Part shown: positions 16,048 through 24,564 of the stretch, piece after piece
Layout of the letters: every line of letters begins with the position of its first letter
Position numbering within the stretch: position 1 is the stretch's first letter
Virus record (IMG/VR): IMGVR_UViG_3300025610_000137
Coordinates: 1 to 24,717 of that record
From: a virus
Lineage: Duplodnaviria > Caudoviricetes
Strand: one strand, 5' to 3'
DNA: 24,717 nt
The notes under the pieces: model-generated
The model's database searches: none
What the model was told of the DNA's origin: nothing
Seen by the model: the letters and a program-made list of their open reading frames with translations, nothing else
Position numbers and translations under genes: made by a program

Positions 16048-16917
16048 GGCGTAGTCTTCCACTATCTCTAAAATCCGGGGTATACGCGCCGCCCATCTAT
16101 GATACTCATACGTATAGTCTGCTACTTGTTTGGGGTTCGGCATCTCTTCGGTCCAATGGCCTGGGTAGCCTATGAAGCTCAAAGGGTGTTCGGCTGTTAT
16201 GTCCGTTTCTCCCATCTGGCAAATGATCGCCCCGCAAGCCTGCGCCCTTATTACCCTATCCGAATAAAATAACGGCCGGTCGAAGTGGTCAAGGTTCAAG
16301 GCCCAGCGGTTTGTATTGTAAATAATGCGCTCGGTCTTAGGTGTGGTCCTTCCGTTCTTGTTCTTTGGCCAGTTACCGCCGAATACTCTTAGGCCCTTCT
16401 CTCGGTATTGTGTTACTACCTCTTCGCGCCTTGCACTCTCTGGGAATCTGTTTCTGTAATTGTTGCCTAAGAATACTACGCCCTCGGTCCTTCGCTCCCT
16501 TCCGTCCAAGTAGTATACATCAGGATCGTACCCTATTTGCAAGTAGTCCGCTGGTAGTCCCTTCTCTTTGAACTTGTCTATGTCGGTGCCATTGGTAAAC
16601 AGTGTTACGTTAAAGGCGTCCCCCAGCTCTAAATACCAGTCTATATTTTCTCTTACATCCCCGGTCCAGTTGATGACTACGCAGCCCATTTCTCTAAGGC
16701 TCTCTACTAACCGGGCTTCTACTATACCGGGAGTTTGTATCTGCATGAAGACAACATCGGGTAGAAAGCTCTGGGCTTCCTTTAGGACCATCTTAGTAAG
16801 GTAGATCAGTTGGGCGCTCGGTATCTCTCTCCAGTTTATCCGGTGTACATCATGTCCTAACCCTCTCAGGGCTTTGTCTATTTCGGGGCCTCCCAGCCCT
16901 ACGTGTAGTACTCTCAT
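16045..16917 (-). CDS. Glycosyltransferase, GT-B fold (CgeB/DUF3880-like)
   Basis: MRVLHVG, PDVVFMQ, NWTGD, IGYDP, VVFLGN, VFGGNW, SDRVIRAQACG. Confidence 0.8.
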   Translation of the reverse strand: MRVLHVGLGGPEIDKALRGLGHDVHRINWREIPSAQLIYLTKMVLKEAQSFLPDVVFMQIQTPGIVEARLVESLREMGCVVINWTGDVRENIDWYLELGDAFNVTLFTNGTDIDKFKEKGLPADYLQIGYDPDVYYLDGRERRTEGVVFLGNNYRNRFPESARREEVVTQYREKGLRVFGGNWPKNKNGRTTPKTERIIYNTNRWALNLDHFDRPLFYSDRVIRAQACGAIICQMGETDITAEHPLSFIGYPGHWTEEMPNPKQVADYTYEYHRWAARIPRILEIVEDYA

Positions 16918-17459
16918 AGCTGTATTGGTCTTAAAAGTTTGTACGGTCCGGGTATCTTTTCCTTTTCTCGGTCGTACGTTCTGAATTTACTTTCGTGTTT
17001 ATGGTAGGTCTTTATAGATAGGCAGGGGTTAGTTATCGCGTACCCGGCTTCCCATATCTCGTAAGCTATCCGGTTATCACATCCAGCAACGCCCAGGCGG
17101 AAGTCTATTGGCTGCTTTAGTAGTCGGTCTTTTACAGACCCCTTAAATATCCAAACATCCTGAGACCACCAAGGCCGCCCCCATAGTTTGCCCCTTTCGT
17201 ATCTCGTTAGTGCGTAGCAGTCGTTAGGCTGCATCTTGTCGCAGAGCTTTATACTGTCATCGAAGTATATATCTGAATTGGCCACTATGTTAATAGCATC
17301 CTCAGAGCAAAGGGTAAAGAGGTCTTTATACGTTGGTCGGCCCTTAGGCATTAGGACCGTATCGAACCGCTCCCGGTTTAGGCGTTCGCAGTACCTCAGC
17401 TCTTCGTTTCTTCTTGGCTCTGGTGCTTCCCAATAGGGTGTGATTAGTTGGTATTTCAT
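16914..17459 (-). CDS. Glycosyltransferase-like protein (GT-A-like)
   Basis: IVANSDIYFD (DXD-type), ALTRYE, SQDVWIF, LGVAGCDNRIA, NP...H.H; adjacent to a GT-B gene. Confidence 0.55.
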   Translation of the reverse strand: MKYQLITPYWEAPEPRRNEELRYCERLNRERFDTVLMPKGRPTYKDLFTLCSEDAINIVANSDIYFDDSIKLCDKMQPNDCYALTRYERGKLWGRPWWSQDVWIFKGSVKDRLLKQPIDFRLGVAGCDNRIAYEIWEAGYAITNPCLSIKTYHKHESKFRTYDREKEKIPGPYKLLRPIQL

Positions 17460-17758
17460 ATCACTCTAAGACGTTTACAGCCCTTCAGATAGTACCCGCC
17501 CTCAAACAGCTGGGCTATAATCTCAAGCCTCCGTATTTGGTTTACGCTTAAATCGTGCTGGTCCAGGTCCGCTAATCTATCGTCCGTTTTGCCCGGTCCC
17601 TTAAATAGTGCCGTATGTACTTCTTGCCGGAAGTCCTCGTATAGCATTATATGAGATATCGGATAGGTTAGAAATTCTTTAGGGGTCATTTTAAAGGCCC
17701 GCCAAGCTCTGCAAGCTGTTAGGTACATTTGAAGGCGTCTATGTTCCCTAAAGTTCAC
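17456..17758 (-). CDS. Hypothetical protein
   Basis: 100-aa ORF, GTG start, ATGA-coupled to the next gene. Confidence 0.6.
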   Translation of the reverse strand: MNFREHRRLQMYLTACRAWRAFKMTPKEFLTYPISHIMLYEDFRQEVHTALFKGPGKTDDRLADLDQHDLSVNQIRRLEIIAQLFEGGYYLKGCKRLRVI

Positions 17759-17770
17759 AGAACTAAGCTA

Positions 17771-18463
17771 CTAATTTCGGCGGTCGTATAAGCTCAGGGT
17801 AGGAAGGTTGCCTATTTGGTCATAGTAGGCGCACATAATAGCCGCCTTATTTATTACCTCCGGGTCCTCTTTTACCTCGCCCCTTGTATTCCGTGCCTTT
17901 ATTACTTCTTCCCAAGCCCCTGGGTTCATATTGGCCATGTCCTTAGCGCTGACCTTTTGTACCCAGTAGTCGGTAGGTTCGGTCGGTAGGCTTATACCGT
18001 AGTCCCGAGCCGTTACCCAGGCGGACCAGAGTTTACGCGCTATTATGCTGCTTTGCTTATTCCCTTGTATGGAGCTACGGAATACGTTTAACCCATTAGC
18101 TAAGGCTTGTACTGCCTCGCTGTGCTTCTCTTCCCTTGTAAATTCTTTCTTTACTGCCTTCGGTTTGTCCTTCTCAAGTTTGGCGCCCGATCCTTTAAAC
18201 TCCTGAAACTCTCTTAATACCTCGCCTATAAAGTGGGCGTTTAGGTTCCGGGGTCTGCGGAGCTGCTTGAACATTCCGTTAGACCAGTTTCTAAAAGCAT
18301 ACTGTAGGTCCTGGTAACTAACCGAGCCATGGAACTGCTTAAGGTCTACAATGATCTCGGCTACTATATCCAGGTTAGGCAGGGTAATGTCGTTCTTTCT
18401 GCATACTGCGCTAAAGAACTCGGTAAGCTCGCTTACGCTTTTGCCTTGTATTCGTTCGTTCAT
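17771..18463 (-). CDS. Hypothetical protein (replication-region, helical)
   Basis: 230-aa ORF in the operon; no motif recognised. Confidence 0.7.
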   Translation of the reverse strand: MNERIQGKSVSELTEFFSAVCRKNDITLPNLDIVAEIIVDLKQFHGSVSYQDLQYAFRNWSNGMFKQLRRPRNLNAHFIGEVLREFQEFKGSGAKLEKDKPKAVKKEFTREEKHSEAVQALANGLNVFRSSIQGNKQSSIIARKLWSAWVTARDYGISLPTEPTDYWVQKVSAKDMANMNPGAWEEVIKARNTRGEVKEDPEVINKAAIMCAYYDQIGNLPTLSLYDRRN

Positions 18464-18707
18464 CTCTCTTTGGTGTTAAAGGTTTTGTCGTACCATTCTT
18501 CACCCGTTACTATTGTAGGGTCTATTTCACTATCGTACACTTTTTTATTGCCGTGTGTTTTGATTAGAAGAGCTTTCTCTTTCTCAAGCATATTACTCAA
18601 AATAGATTCAATGACTCCTATTGGATTGATAACTGCATCAATTTGTCTTAACGATTGTACTTTTTCAATCGCTTCTTCTATTGGTGTTTTCATCTCTCTT
18701 TGTTGTT
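18459..18707. repeat. 19-bp direct repeat flanking the 77-aa gene
   Basis: TTCATCTCTCTTTGGTGTT (18459-18477) and TTCATCTCTCTTTGTTGTT (18689-18707), 18/19 identical. Confidence 0.8.
18460..18693 (-). CDS. Hypothetical 77-aa protein (MKTPIEE...FNTKER)
   Basis: ATG at 18693 overlaps the upstream TGA (ATGA), a better start than the listed 18759. Confidence 0.65.
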   Translation of the reverse strand: MKTPIEEAIEKVQSLRQIDAVINPIGVIESILSNMLEKEKALLIKTHGNKKVYDSEIDPTIVTGEEWYDKTFNTKER

Positions 18708-18857
18708 TAGGTCTTTTAAGGTCTTCAGTTTTGCCGCTGCTAATTGCTTGGCGTCCCACTTTATGGGAAGGCTAACTAAGGACCGTAAGTTACTTTCTTC
18801 AGTTATTAGCTGCCTACGGTCTAAGCCGTTTAAGTACGCTTTGTATTCGTCTATCAT
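18690..18857 (-). CDS. Hypothetical 55-aa protein (not in ORF track)
   Basis: MIDEYKAYLNGLDRRQLITEESNLRSLVSLPIKWDAKQLAAAKLKTLKDLNNKER; ATGA overlaps at both ends fill the gap exactly. Confidence 0.65.
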   Translation of the reverse strand: MIDEYKAYLNGLDRRQLITEESNLRSLVSLPIKWDAKQLAAAKLKTLKDLNNKER

Positions 18858-19579
18858 GGCTGCGCTTGTCTTTCTCTCTCTATCCGTTCAGCTATGGCTG
18901 CTACTTGGCTTATCATGTCCGCCTCTTTTCGTTGCTCTCTATCGTCCTCCCTCCAGCGTTCCAGCTGCTGAGGTCTCAGGATGAAATCTAAAGTAAGCCA
19001 TTTATAGCCGCTCTCTGAATGGTGCGGATCTGATGCAGCGTTATTTATCGCGCTGGTTATCTCTTCCAAGGTGTAACCCTCCCTTATCCGGGCGTTAAAG
19101 TGCTTTATAGCGGTCTTTGCTACTTCGCTGCGCTTGCTCTTTATGGTTCGTCCGGTAGCCTGGGTCCATGTCTTTATATAGCTATCGAAGGCATCCGGCT
19201 GAGGTAACTCGTTAGAGTTACTATTATTTATTACACTAACACTATCACTAACACTTACACTATCACTTACAGCTACGTTTGCTAACTTTTGCTTGCTTTT
19301 GCTACTTTTTGCTAAGTTTGCTTGCTTTTGTAGCCCCCCTTTTCTTCCTGCCTCGGCTCTTACTTGCCGCTTGTCCTCCCACTTTTTTAGGTCCTCTTTA
19401 AGGAATCGCTGTATAGGCTTCCAAGCCGTAAGTAATAACCGGTCCTCTAATACCGGGTCCTGGTCATTAACGTACTGTAGGATATGCTTAAAGAGCTTAC
19501 CCAGCTCTTCGTCTGTCAAATGATCTACGCTACTGAGTAGGTCCGCATAAAGAACGAAGGACCTTTTATACCTCGCCAT
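18854..19579 (-). CDS. Replication initiator/replisome organiser (DUF6291-like N-terminus)
   Basis: KRSFVLY...LTDEELGKLFKHILQY, RAEAGRKGG, low-complexity linker, C-terminal RIREGYT...LTLDFILRP. Start moved to MARYK (ATG 19579). Confidence 0.75.
   Translation of the reverse strand: MARYKRSFVLYADLLSSVDHLTDEELGKLFKHILQYVNDQDPVLEDRLLLTAWKPIQRFLKEDLKKWEDKRQVRAEAGRKGGLQKQANLAKSSKSKQKLANVAVSDSVSVSDSVSVINNSNSNELPQPDAFDSYIKTWTQATGRTIKSKRSEVAKTAIKHFNARIREGYTLEEITSAINNAASDPHHSESGYKWLTLDFILRPQQLERWREDDREQRKEADMISQVAAIAERIERERQAQP
19204..19330. repeat. Iteron-like repeats, candidate replication origin
   Basis: ACACTATCACT x2, TTTGCTTGCTTTTG x2, TTTGCTA x3, an AT-rich patch and a GTAACTC/GAGTTAC inverted repeat inside the initiator gene. 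Confidence 0.55.
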
Positions 19580-19583
19580 AAAT

Positions 19584-19720
19584 AAAATAACCCCTGCTAA
19601 GGCCGCTTGGCTTGCGGTAACTACCAGGGCAGGCAAGTGTGCCGAGGTAGTTGAGTTCCTTAGAGGGGATTTTCTGAGTGTTCTGAATCATAACTTGCCG
19701 TTGAGGTTCGCCAGTTCCTC
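19584..19720 (-). ncRNA. Structured leader RNA upstream of the replication gene
   Basis: Outer stem AAAATCCCCTCTAAGG / CCTTAGCAGGGGTTATTTT enclosing AACTACC/GGTAGTT and CCGC/GCGG stems. Confidence 0.5.
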
Positions 19721-19724
19721 GCTA

Positions 19725-19732
19725 CAAAGATA
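19725..19732 (-). promoter_or_regulatory. -7 box TATCTTTG for the replication operon
   Basis: TAnnTTTG just after the methyltransferase stop codon. Confidence 0.65.
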
Positions 19733-19746
19733 CTAAGGTCAAAGGG

Positions 19747-20724
19747 TCAAATAAGGCTAAGCTGGTTTTCTGCAAACCTTTGTTCAGCCGCTTTTAAGTT
19801 CTGTTTGGCTTGTTTAAAATAGCTGTCCTTAAGCTCTATGCCTATGGCCTTTCTGCCCATACTTACCGGGCTGTAAACCTCGGACCCCACGCCCATAAAA
19901 GGCGTTAGCACTACTTCGCCCGGGTTAGACCATAGTTCAACGCATCGGTCTATAACATCCAGTTGCAACGGGTGTACGTGCTTTTCATCGTCCTCCTCTT
20001 TACTGTCTCTAAAAGGTAGTACGTTATCTATTCGTATATCGTCCCATACAGACGAGGCGTACCGCTGCCAAATAAGGTGAGACCGTTTGTTAGTCTTAGG
20101 ATCTGTACACCCTTCGTACTTTTTACAAATAGCGTCCCAGCTTCCGTAAGTCTCTTCCATGGCTGGAAGCAAAGGCGTAGCACCGGCGTAATAGTCTAAG
20201 CCGACTGGATGCGTTACGGGTACTTCTGTTTCCCCTTTACGCTTAAAGATTAACAAGTAATCCGGCATAGCGGTAAAACAGCTCGTACTATCCTCTACTA
20301 TATTTTTGTGCATTAGGCTACGGACCATTGTACGCATACGCACTTTTAGAGGCTCTTTCCAGATCGTTATTCGATTCTTGTAATTAAAGCCGCGTTCTTC
20401 GTGCATCCTGATAATTTCGTGCGGGAAGTCCCAAAGGTTTTCAGTCTTTGAGTTCATTACATCCGTGCAATGTACCGCCGTTATTCGCCCTGGCTTAGTT
20501 ACTCGGCTTATCTCATCTATCAAATACTCGTACTGCTGTAAAAACTGTTCGCGGCTTTCACAGTTAGAAAAGTCATTTTCTGAGCTTGAGTAATTATACA
20601 GCCCGGCAAAAGGCGGCGAATAAATGCTAAGGTCTACGCTTGCCTCTTTTAAAGATGGTAAGACGTGCATGCAATCGCTGTTATAGATCGCGTATCTGTC
20701 TGTTACTACTTGGTCTTTGGTCAT
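19747..20724 (-). CDS. DNA methyltransferase, N4-C/N6-A family (beta class)
   Basis: Catalytic SPPF near the N-terminus; HVHPLQLD; SAM-binding VVLTPFMGVGS; AIGIEL. Confidence 0.9.
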   Translation of the reverse strand: MTKDQVVTDRYAIYNSDCMHVLPSLKEASVDLSIYSPPFAGLYNYSSSENDFSNCESREQFLQQYEYLIDEISRVTKPGRITAVHCTDVMNSKTENLWDFPHEIIRMHEERGFNYKNRITIWKEPLKVRMRTMVRSLMHKNIVEDSTSCFTAMPDYLLIFKRKGETEVPVTHPVGLDYYAGATPLLPAMEETYGSWDAICKKYEGCTDPKTNKRSHLIWQRYASSVWDDIRIDNVLPFRDSKEEDDEKHVHPLQLDVIDRCVELWSNPGEVVLTPFMGVGSEVYSPVSMGRKAIGIELKDSYFKQAKQNLKAAEQRFAENQLSLI

Positions 20725-20725
20725 G

Positions 20726-22090
20726 TTAGATCCATTTAGGTGTTTGTACTGTTTGGTTAAATTCTCGGCTACTTAGCTGAAAGTCTGAATTTATACTTTT
20801 ATTCAGCTTGTCAAATAGCTCATCGGCTTTCTTTGTTTTCTCTCTAAGGCTGTCTATAACTCTCTTTTGCCCTTCTGAGTAAACCAGGTCCACGGTTACG
20901 TCTTTAGTCTGTCCAAAGCGGTAAAACCTTCTTATAGCTTGGTAATACTGCTCATAGGAGAAAGTAGGAAAGTAAACGGTATGGCTGCAATGCTGCCAAT
21001 TAAGACCGAAAGCGGTCATTTTAGGCTTAGTAATTAGGCGCTTTATATCGCCCTTTGCAAAGGCCAGTAGTATATCCTCTTTTTGGTCTATAGACATTCC
21101 GCCTTTAATCTCTTTGGCGTCTTTGTCTAACTGTCCTATTAGCTCGCCTTCATTATTAAAGTTGCACCAATAGACCGAGGTTTTACCCTGGGCCAGTTCT
21201 ACGGCCTTGGCGCATCTTTCATTTATGGTCATTTTCTGTTCCTGCCTAACCTCTGTTAATCTTTGCGCGATCATCGCAAACATCATTACCTGACCGTCTA
21301 CAATCCATTGGTCTTTATTGTGGACTTTGTGCGGTATGACATTAAGCGCCGGTAATTTGTGGCGATCATCCGAAAAGCCAAGGTCCGAGGGCTTGCGCAT
21401 ACTTACAGACCAGGAACTAACCCAGCGGAAAAAGTCATCTTTAGCGTGTGGCTTTAAATAAAACTTGTTTCCTATACGGTCCATGGCCTTTATATTGTTC
21501 TCATTGTTAGAAAAGAACTTACCGAGCATATCCATATACCCCATATACCCTAAAGCCTCGGAGCTGGTCCCAAGCTCTATAAAATCATTCGGGGAAGGTG
21601 TGGCCGTGAATAGAAAGCGGTATTTTACCCGCTTCATAAAAGCGGTAACTGTTGCCTTTGTTGATCCGTCAAAGTTCTTAAGTATTGAACTTTCGTCCAG
21701 TATAACACAATCAAAGTCATCCGGGTTAAACTTGTCCAACCGTTCGTAATTACATACTACTACATCGCTGGTGAACTTCCCGTCTTTGCTGTATTGTACT
21801 TCTGACGTACCGAACTTTTTAGCCTCTTCAATAAACTGAAAGGCCACGGCTAAAGGGGTTAAGATTAACACGGGCTTATTAGTGGCCCTTGCGTAGTTTT
21901 CAGCTACGGTTAATTCTATTACAGTCTTGCCCAATCCAGTATCTAAAAAGACAGCGCACCGGCCTTTTTTTATAGCGTACTCAGCTACATATTTTTGATA
22001 GTCAAACATAGCCGCGGCCATAAACGAGGGTTTTATACCGTAGTCAATAGAGCTATGTTTTTTGGACTTAATAAAGTCTGCGTATTTCAT
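20726..22090 (-). CDS. SF2 (SNF2-like) helicase
   Basis: Walker A DTGLGKT, motif II ILDESS, TATPSPN, FGLNWQ, QAIRRFYRFGQ. Start at ATG 22090 (ATGA overlap). Confidence 0.9.
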   Translation of the reverse strand: MKYADFIKSKKHSSIDYGIKPSFMAAAMFDYQKYVAEYAIKKGRCAVFLDTGLGKTVIELTVAENYARATNKPVLILTPLAVAFQFIEEAKKFGTSEVQYSKDGKFTSDVVVCNYERLDKFNPDDFDCVILDESSILKNFDGSTKATVTAFMKRVKYRFLFTATPSPNDFIELGTSSEALGYMGYMDMLGKFFSNNENNIKAMDRIGNKFYLKPHAKDDFFRWVSSWSVSMRKPSDLGFSDDRHKLPALNVIPHKVHNKDQWIVDGQVMMFAMIAQRLTEVRQEQKMTINERCAKAVELAQGKTSVYWCNFNNEGELIGQLDKDAKEIKGGMSIDQKEDILLAFAKGDIKRLITKPKMTAFGLNWQHCSHTVYFPTFSYEQYYQAIRRFYRFGQTKDVTVDLVYSEGQKRVIDSLREKTKKADELFDKLNKSINSDFQLSSREFNQTVQTPKWI

Positions 22091-22269
22091 TGGTCCTGCT
22101 CTTTTAACAGTTTCACCCATTCGATATGCTGGACCAGGGCCAGGCGTTCCCATTCCTGGAACCCGGCGGCGTTAATCTGCTCTATTAAGTGGTCCAGCTC
22201 TTTGTTCGTGCGCTCGCTCAGCCCGTGGCTAATCTCCGTGCGTAAATCGTGTCTTATCGCGCTTATCAT
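22087..22269 (-). CDS. Hypothetical protein
   Basis: 60 aa, ATGA-coupled on both sides. Confidence 0.65.
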   Translation of the reverse strand: MISAIRHDLRTEISHGLSERTNKELDHLIEQINAAGFQEWERLALVQHIEWVKLLKEQDQ

Positions 22270-22490
22270 TCTTCCAGGTCTTTATAGTATCCGACATAGT
22301 AGAGAAATTGTATAAGCACGTAGGCCACGAAGGTTAGAAGTATAGCCGTTTCTACAGTGAACCAAAGAAGGTCCATAAAAAACTGCGCTACGTATAGGCT
22401 ATCCTCGTCCGTTAGGACCCAATAGATCAAACCGAGCAGCCCAAAGGTTACGGTAAAGGCTCCAAGGATTAAAAAAGTTCTTTTATTCAT
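22266..22490 (-). CDS. Small membrane protein (two predicted TM helices)
   Basis: Two long hydrophobic stretches after a basic N-terminus. Confidence 0.65.
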   Translation of the reverse strand: MNKRTFLILGAFTVTFGLLGLIYWVLTDEDSLYVAQFFMDLLWFTVETAILLTFVAYVLIQFLYYVGYYKDLEE

Positions 22491-22695
22491 TGCTGAAAAA
22501 GTCGTTAAAGGTTATTAGGTTAAAGCTCTGGCCGGGCATAAGGATATACCAAACCGTAAGAGCCGTTAGTAGGGTAAGCTCGTGCGGCCTAACCTTATTA
22601 CGAAGTTCGGGCAGTATAATGTCCGCGTGTTTATACGCTTCAATCTTTGCGCGGTTCTCTTCGCTCATCTTTGAAAATACGCTTCTCTGTATCAT
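22483..22695 (-). CDS. Hypothetical protein
   Basis: 70 aa, overlaps its neighbours in the operon. Confidence 0.6.
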   Translation of the reverse strand: MIQRSVFSKMSEENRAKIEAYKHADIILPELRNKVRPHELTLLTALTVWYILMPGQSFNLITFNDFFSNE

Positions 22696-23069
22696 CTGGC
22701 AGAAAAGTATAGGTTAGCCTTGCAGTCCTCTTCGCTGAGGTCCTCTATTTCTAAGATAGCTTCGTACTCAGCGCGGTAAAGAAATTCGCCTTGATCCTCT
22801 AAGCCGAAGCCGTAAAGGTCTACTACTTCCTTAGACTCTTTGTAAATCTCGTTTACAATGTCGCGCCCTGCGTAGTGCGTTTCATTGACTACCTCCCGGA
22901 AGTGTTCCATATAAATAGTAGCCGTGCCGGTTATCATTATGGTAACTCCGGGCGAGTGCCTACTATCTACTGGTATTACGTCCAGTTTGTACTCTACTTC
23001 CACGGACGATACTTCAGCGTCCGCCGGTAAGCCCTGGATATGCCAGGTTCTAAGCATTTGTTTAATCAT
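22692..23069 (-). CDS. Hypothetical acidic protein, first gene of the leftward operon
   Basis: 125 aa, Glu-rich, downstream of the promoter box. Confidence 0.65.
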   Translation of the reverse strand: MIKQMLRTWHIQGLPADAEVSSVEVEYKLDVIPVDSRHSPGVTIMITGTATIYMEHFREVVNETHYAGRDIVNEIYKESKEVVDLYGFGLEDQGEFLYRAEYEAILEIEDLSEEDCKANLYFSAR

Positions 23070-23091
23070 GGTTTAATGTATTTGGTTAGGG

Positions 23092-23197
23092 CGAATATAA
23101 ACAAGTTTTTAGATAGGGGTTAAATTTTAACATTTCGTCCGCGTTTTAACACTTTTTACCCCTTTTTGCGAAAAGTTAGAAAAGCCGTTTATATTTG
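23092..23197. promoter_or_regulatory. Divergent promoter region
   Basis: Plus strand: TTTG(23165-23168)-N21-TATATTTG(23190-23197), a full Bacteroidota consensus. Minus strand: TATATTCG (23099-23092). TTTAACA repeats lie between. Confidence 0.75.
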
Positions 23198-23218
23198 CAG
23201 CTCACCAAACTCTAACCA

Positions 23219-23872
23219 ATGGACAGTAAAAAAGCAGTCCCGCAAATCCGAAAGGAAGAGGTAATAAAGGTTAAAGATTCTTTAGCCTTGGACCTGGAGC
23301 AAATCAATTTCTTTCTTAAACGAACCCCGCCCAGGTACACGCGCAAACGTCCAGCGAAAGGCGGCGGCCAATGGACCTACGTAAGTGGAGGCTATGTAAA
23401 GAAGGTTCTAAACCTTGCCTTTGGGTGGGATTGGGATTTTGAGATAGTTGATGAAATCGTAAACCTTGAAGCTCGGCAAGTAATTGTTAAGGGACGGCTA
23501 ACGGTCCGCAGTAACGAGAAAAGCATAGTTAAAATGCAATACGGCCGGCAAGACCTTAAGTTTCGTAAAGGAACCGATACGCCGTTAGACCTGGGCAATG
23601 ATTTGAAAGGTGCGGCTACGGATGCCTTAAAGAAGTGCGCGGCCGATTTAGGTATAGCGGCTGACATCTACAATCCTGAGGAATACAAAGAGATGGAAAT
23701 AGTAGAAGGGGAAGTACTCAGCCAGGACGAGGTTAATAGAGAAGAAGAGGCAAAGAGGACAGCGCAATGGATCGCCGCTAACCCTTGGGACATTGTAAAG
23801 GCCTCTATTACCCCGCAGGAACTTTCTAACCCAATCATTAACGAAGCATTCACCAAAAAGCGCGGAGCATGA
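23219..23872 (+). CDS. Rad52/Rad22-like single-strand annealing protein (Sak-like)
   Basis: RPAKGGGQWTYVSG...LNLAFGWDWDFEI...KGAATDALKKCAADLGIAADIY. Confidence 0.85.
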   Translation: MDSKKAVPQIRKEEVIKVKDSLALDLEQINFFLKRTPPRYTRKRPAKGGGQWTYVSGGYVKKVLNLAFGWDWDFEIVDEIVNLEARQVIVKGRLTVRSNEKSIVKMQYGRQDLKFRKGTDTPLDLGNDLKGAATDALKKCAADLGIAADIYNPEEYKEMEIVEGEVLSQDEVNREEEAKRTAQWIAANPWDIVKASITPQELSNPIINEAFTKKRGA

Positions 23873-24564
23873 AAGCATTTAAAATAAGAGCAAGCGAGGC
23901 GGGCAAGATTATGGGCAGCCCGAAAAAGAACGAGTTACCCGTAGGCGCTCAGACCTATTTAAGGGAATGGTATATATCTGAGAAGTACGGCCGCCGTATG
24001 CCGGTACGTACGGACCAGATGGACAAAGGCATACGCTGCGAGGAACAAAGCATAAGCCTTCTTCAGTTGGTCGAAGAGAACCAAATACTGTACAAAAAGA
24101 ACGACAAGAATCTAACCAACAAATGGGCCACGGGTACGCCTGACCTTCTAACAGACGAAGAGGTATTAGACATAAAGACCGCTTGGACGTTCGATACATT
24201 CTGGAAAGCCGAGGGCGTACATACTAAAAGCGGTATGCTTACAGACTACGGCTGGCAGTTAATGGTCTATATGTGGCTTACGGGACTAAAGCACGCTCGG
24301 TTAGTCTATACCCTTATCAATACCCCAGAAGACACGTTAATAGGCTTAGAAAGTGCAGCGCGTTGGAAGTTCCAAGGGATGGACGAGAACCCGGAATACG
24401 ATGTCTATTGCAAGCAGCTCAGAAAGATGCACGTATTTGATGACATCGAAGTAGACGAGCGGGTACGGATCTGGGACCTTGAATACAGCGAAGAACATAT
24501 AGAGCAGCTAAAGGCACGGGTAGAGCTGCTGCAGGAAGCGGCCGAAAACTTTGTACTAAAATGA
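23869..24564 (+). CDS. YqaJ/lambda-exonuclease-like PD-(D/E)XK nuclease
   Basis: IRASE, MDKGIRCE, GTPD, DIK, YGWQLMVYMWLTG; paired with the annealase. Confidence 0.85.
   Translation: MKAFKIRASEAGKIMGSPKKNELPVGAQTYLREWYISEKYGRRMPVRTDQMDKGIRCEEQSISLLQLVEENQILYKKNDKNLTNKWATGTPDLLTDEEVLDIKTAWTFDTFWKAEGVHTKSGMLTDYGWQLMVYMWLTGLKHARLVYTLINTPEDTLIGLESAARWKFQGMDENPEYDVYCKQLRKMHVFDDIEVDERVRIWDLEYSEEHIEQLKARVELLQEAAENFVLK

Noticed and set aside
18694-18759. Listed N-terminal extension of the 99-aa ORF
   Set aside because: Overlaps a better-coupled 55-aa ORF; ATG 18693 fits the ATGA junction.
19231-19330. Repeats read as a CRISPR array
   Set aside because: Short, in-frame and without unique spacers.
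19580-19636. Listed TTG start extension of the initiator
   Set aside because: Falls inside the structured leader; family-like sequence begins at MARYK.
19584-19673. Multibranch fold read as a tRNA
   Set aside because: No T-loop GTTC in the right position, no 7-nt anticodon arm geometry and no CCA end.
22091-22153. Listed N-terminal extension of the helicase
   Set aside because: Overlaps the upstream 60-aa gene; ATG 22090 is coupled to its stop.
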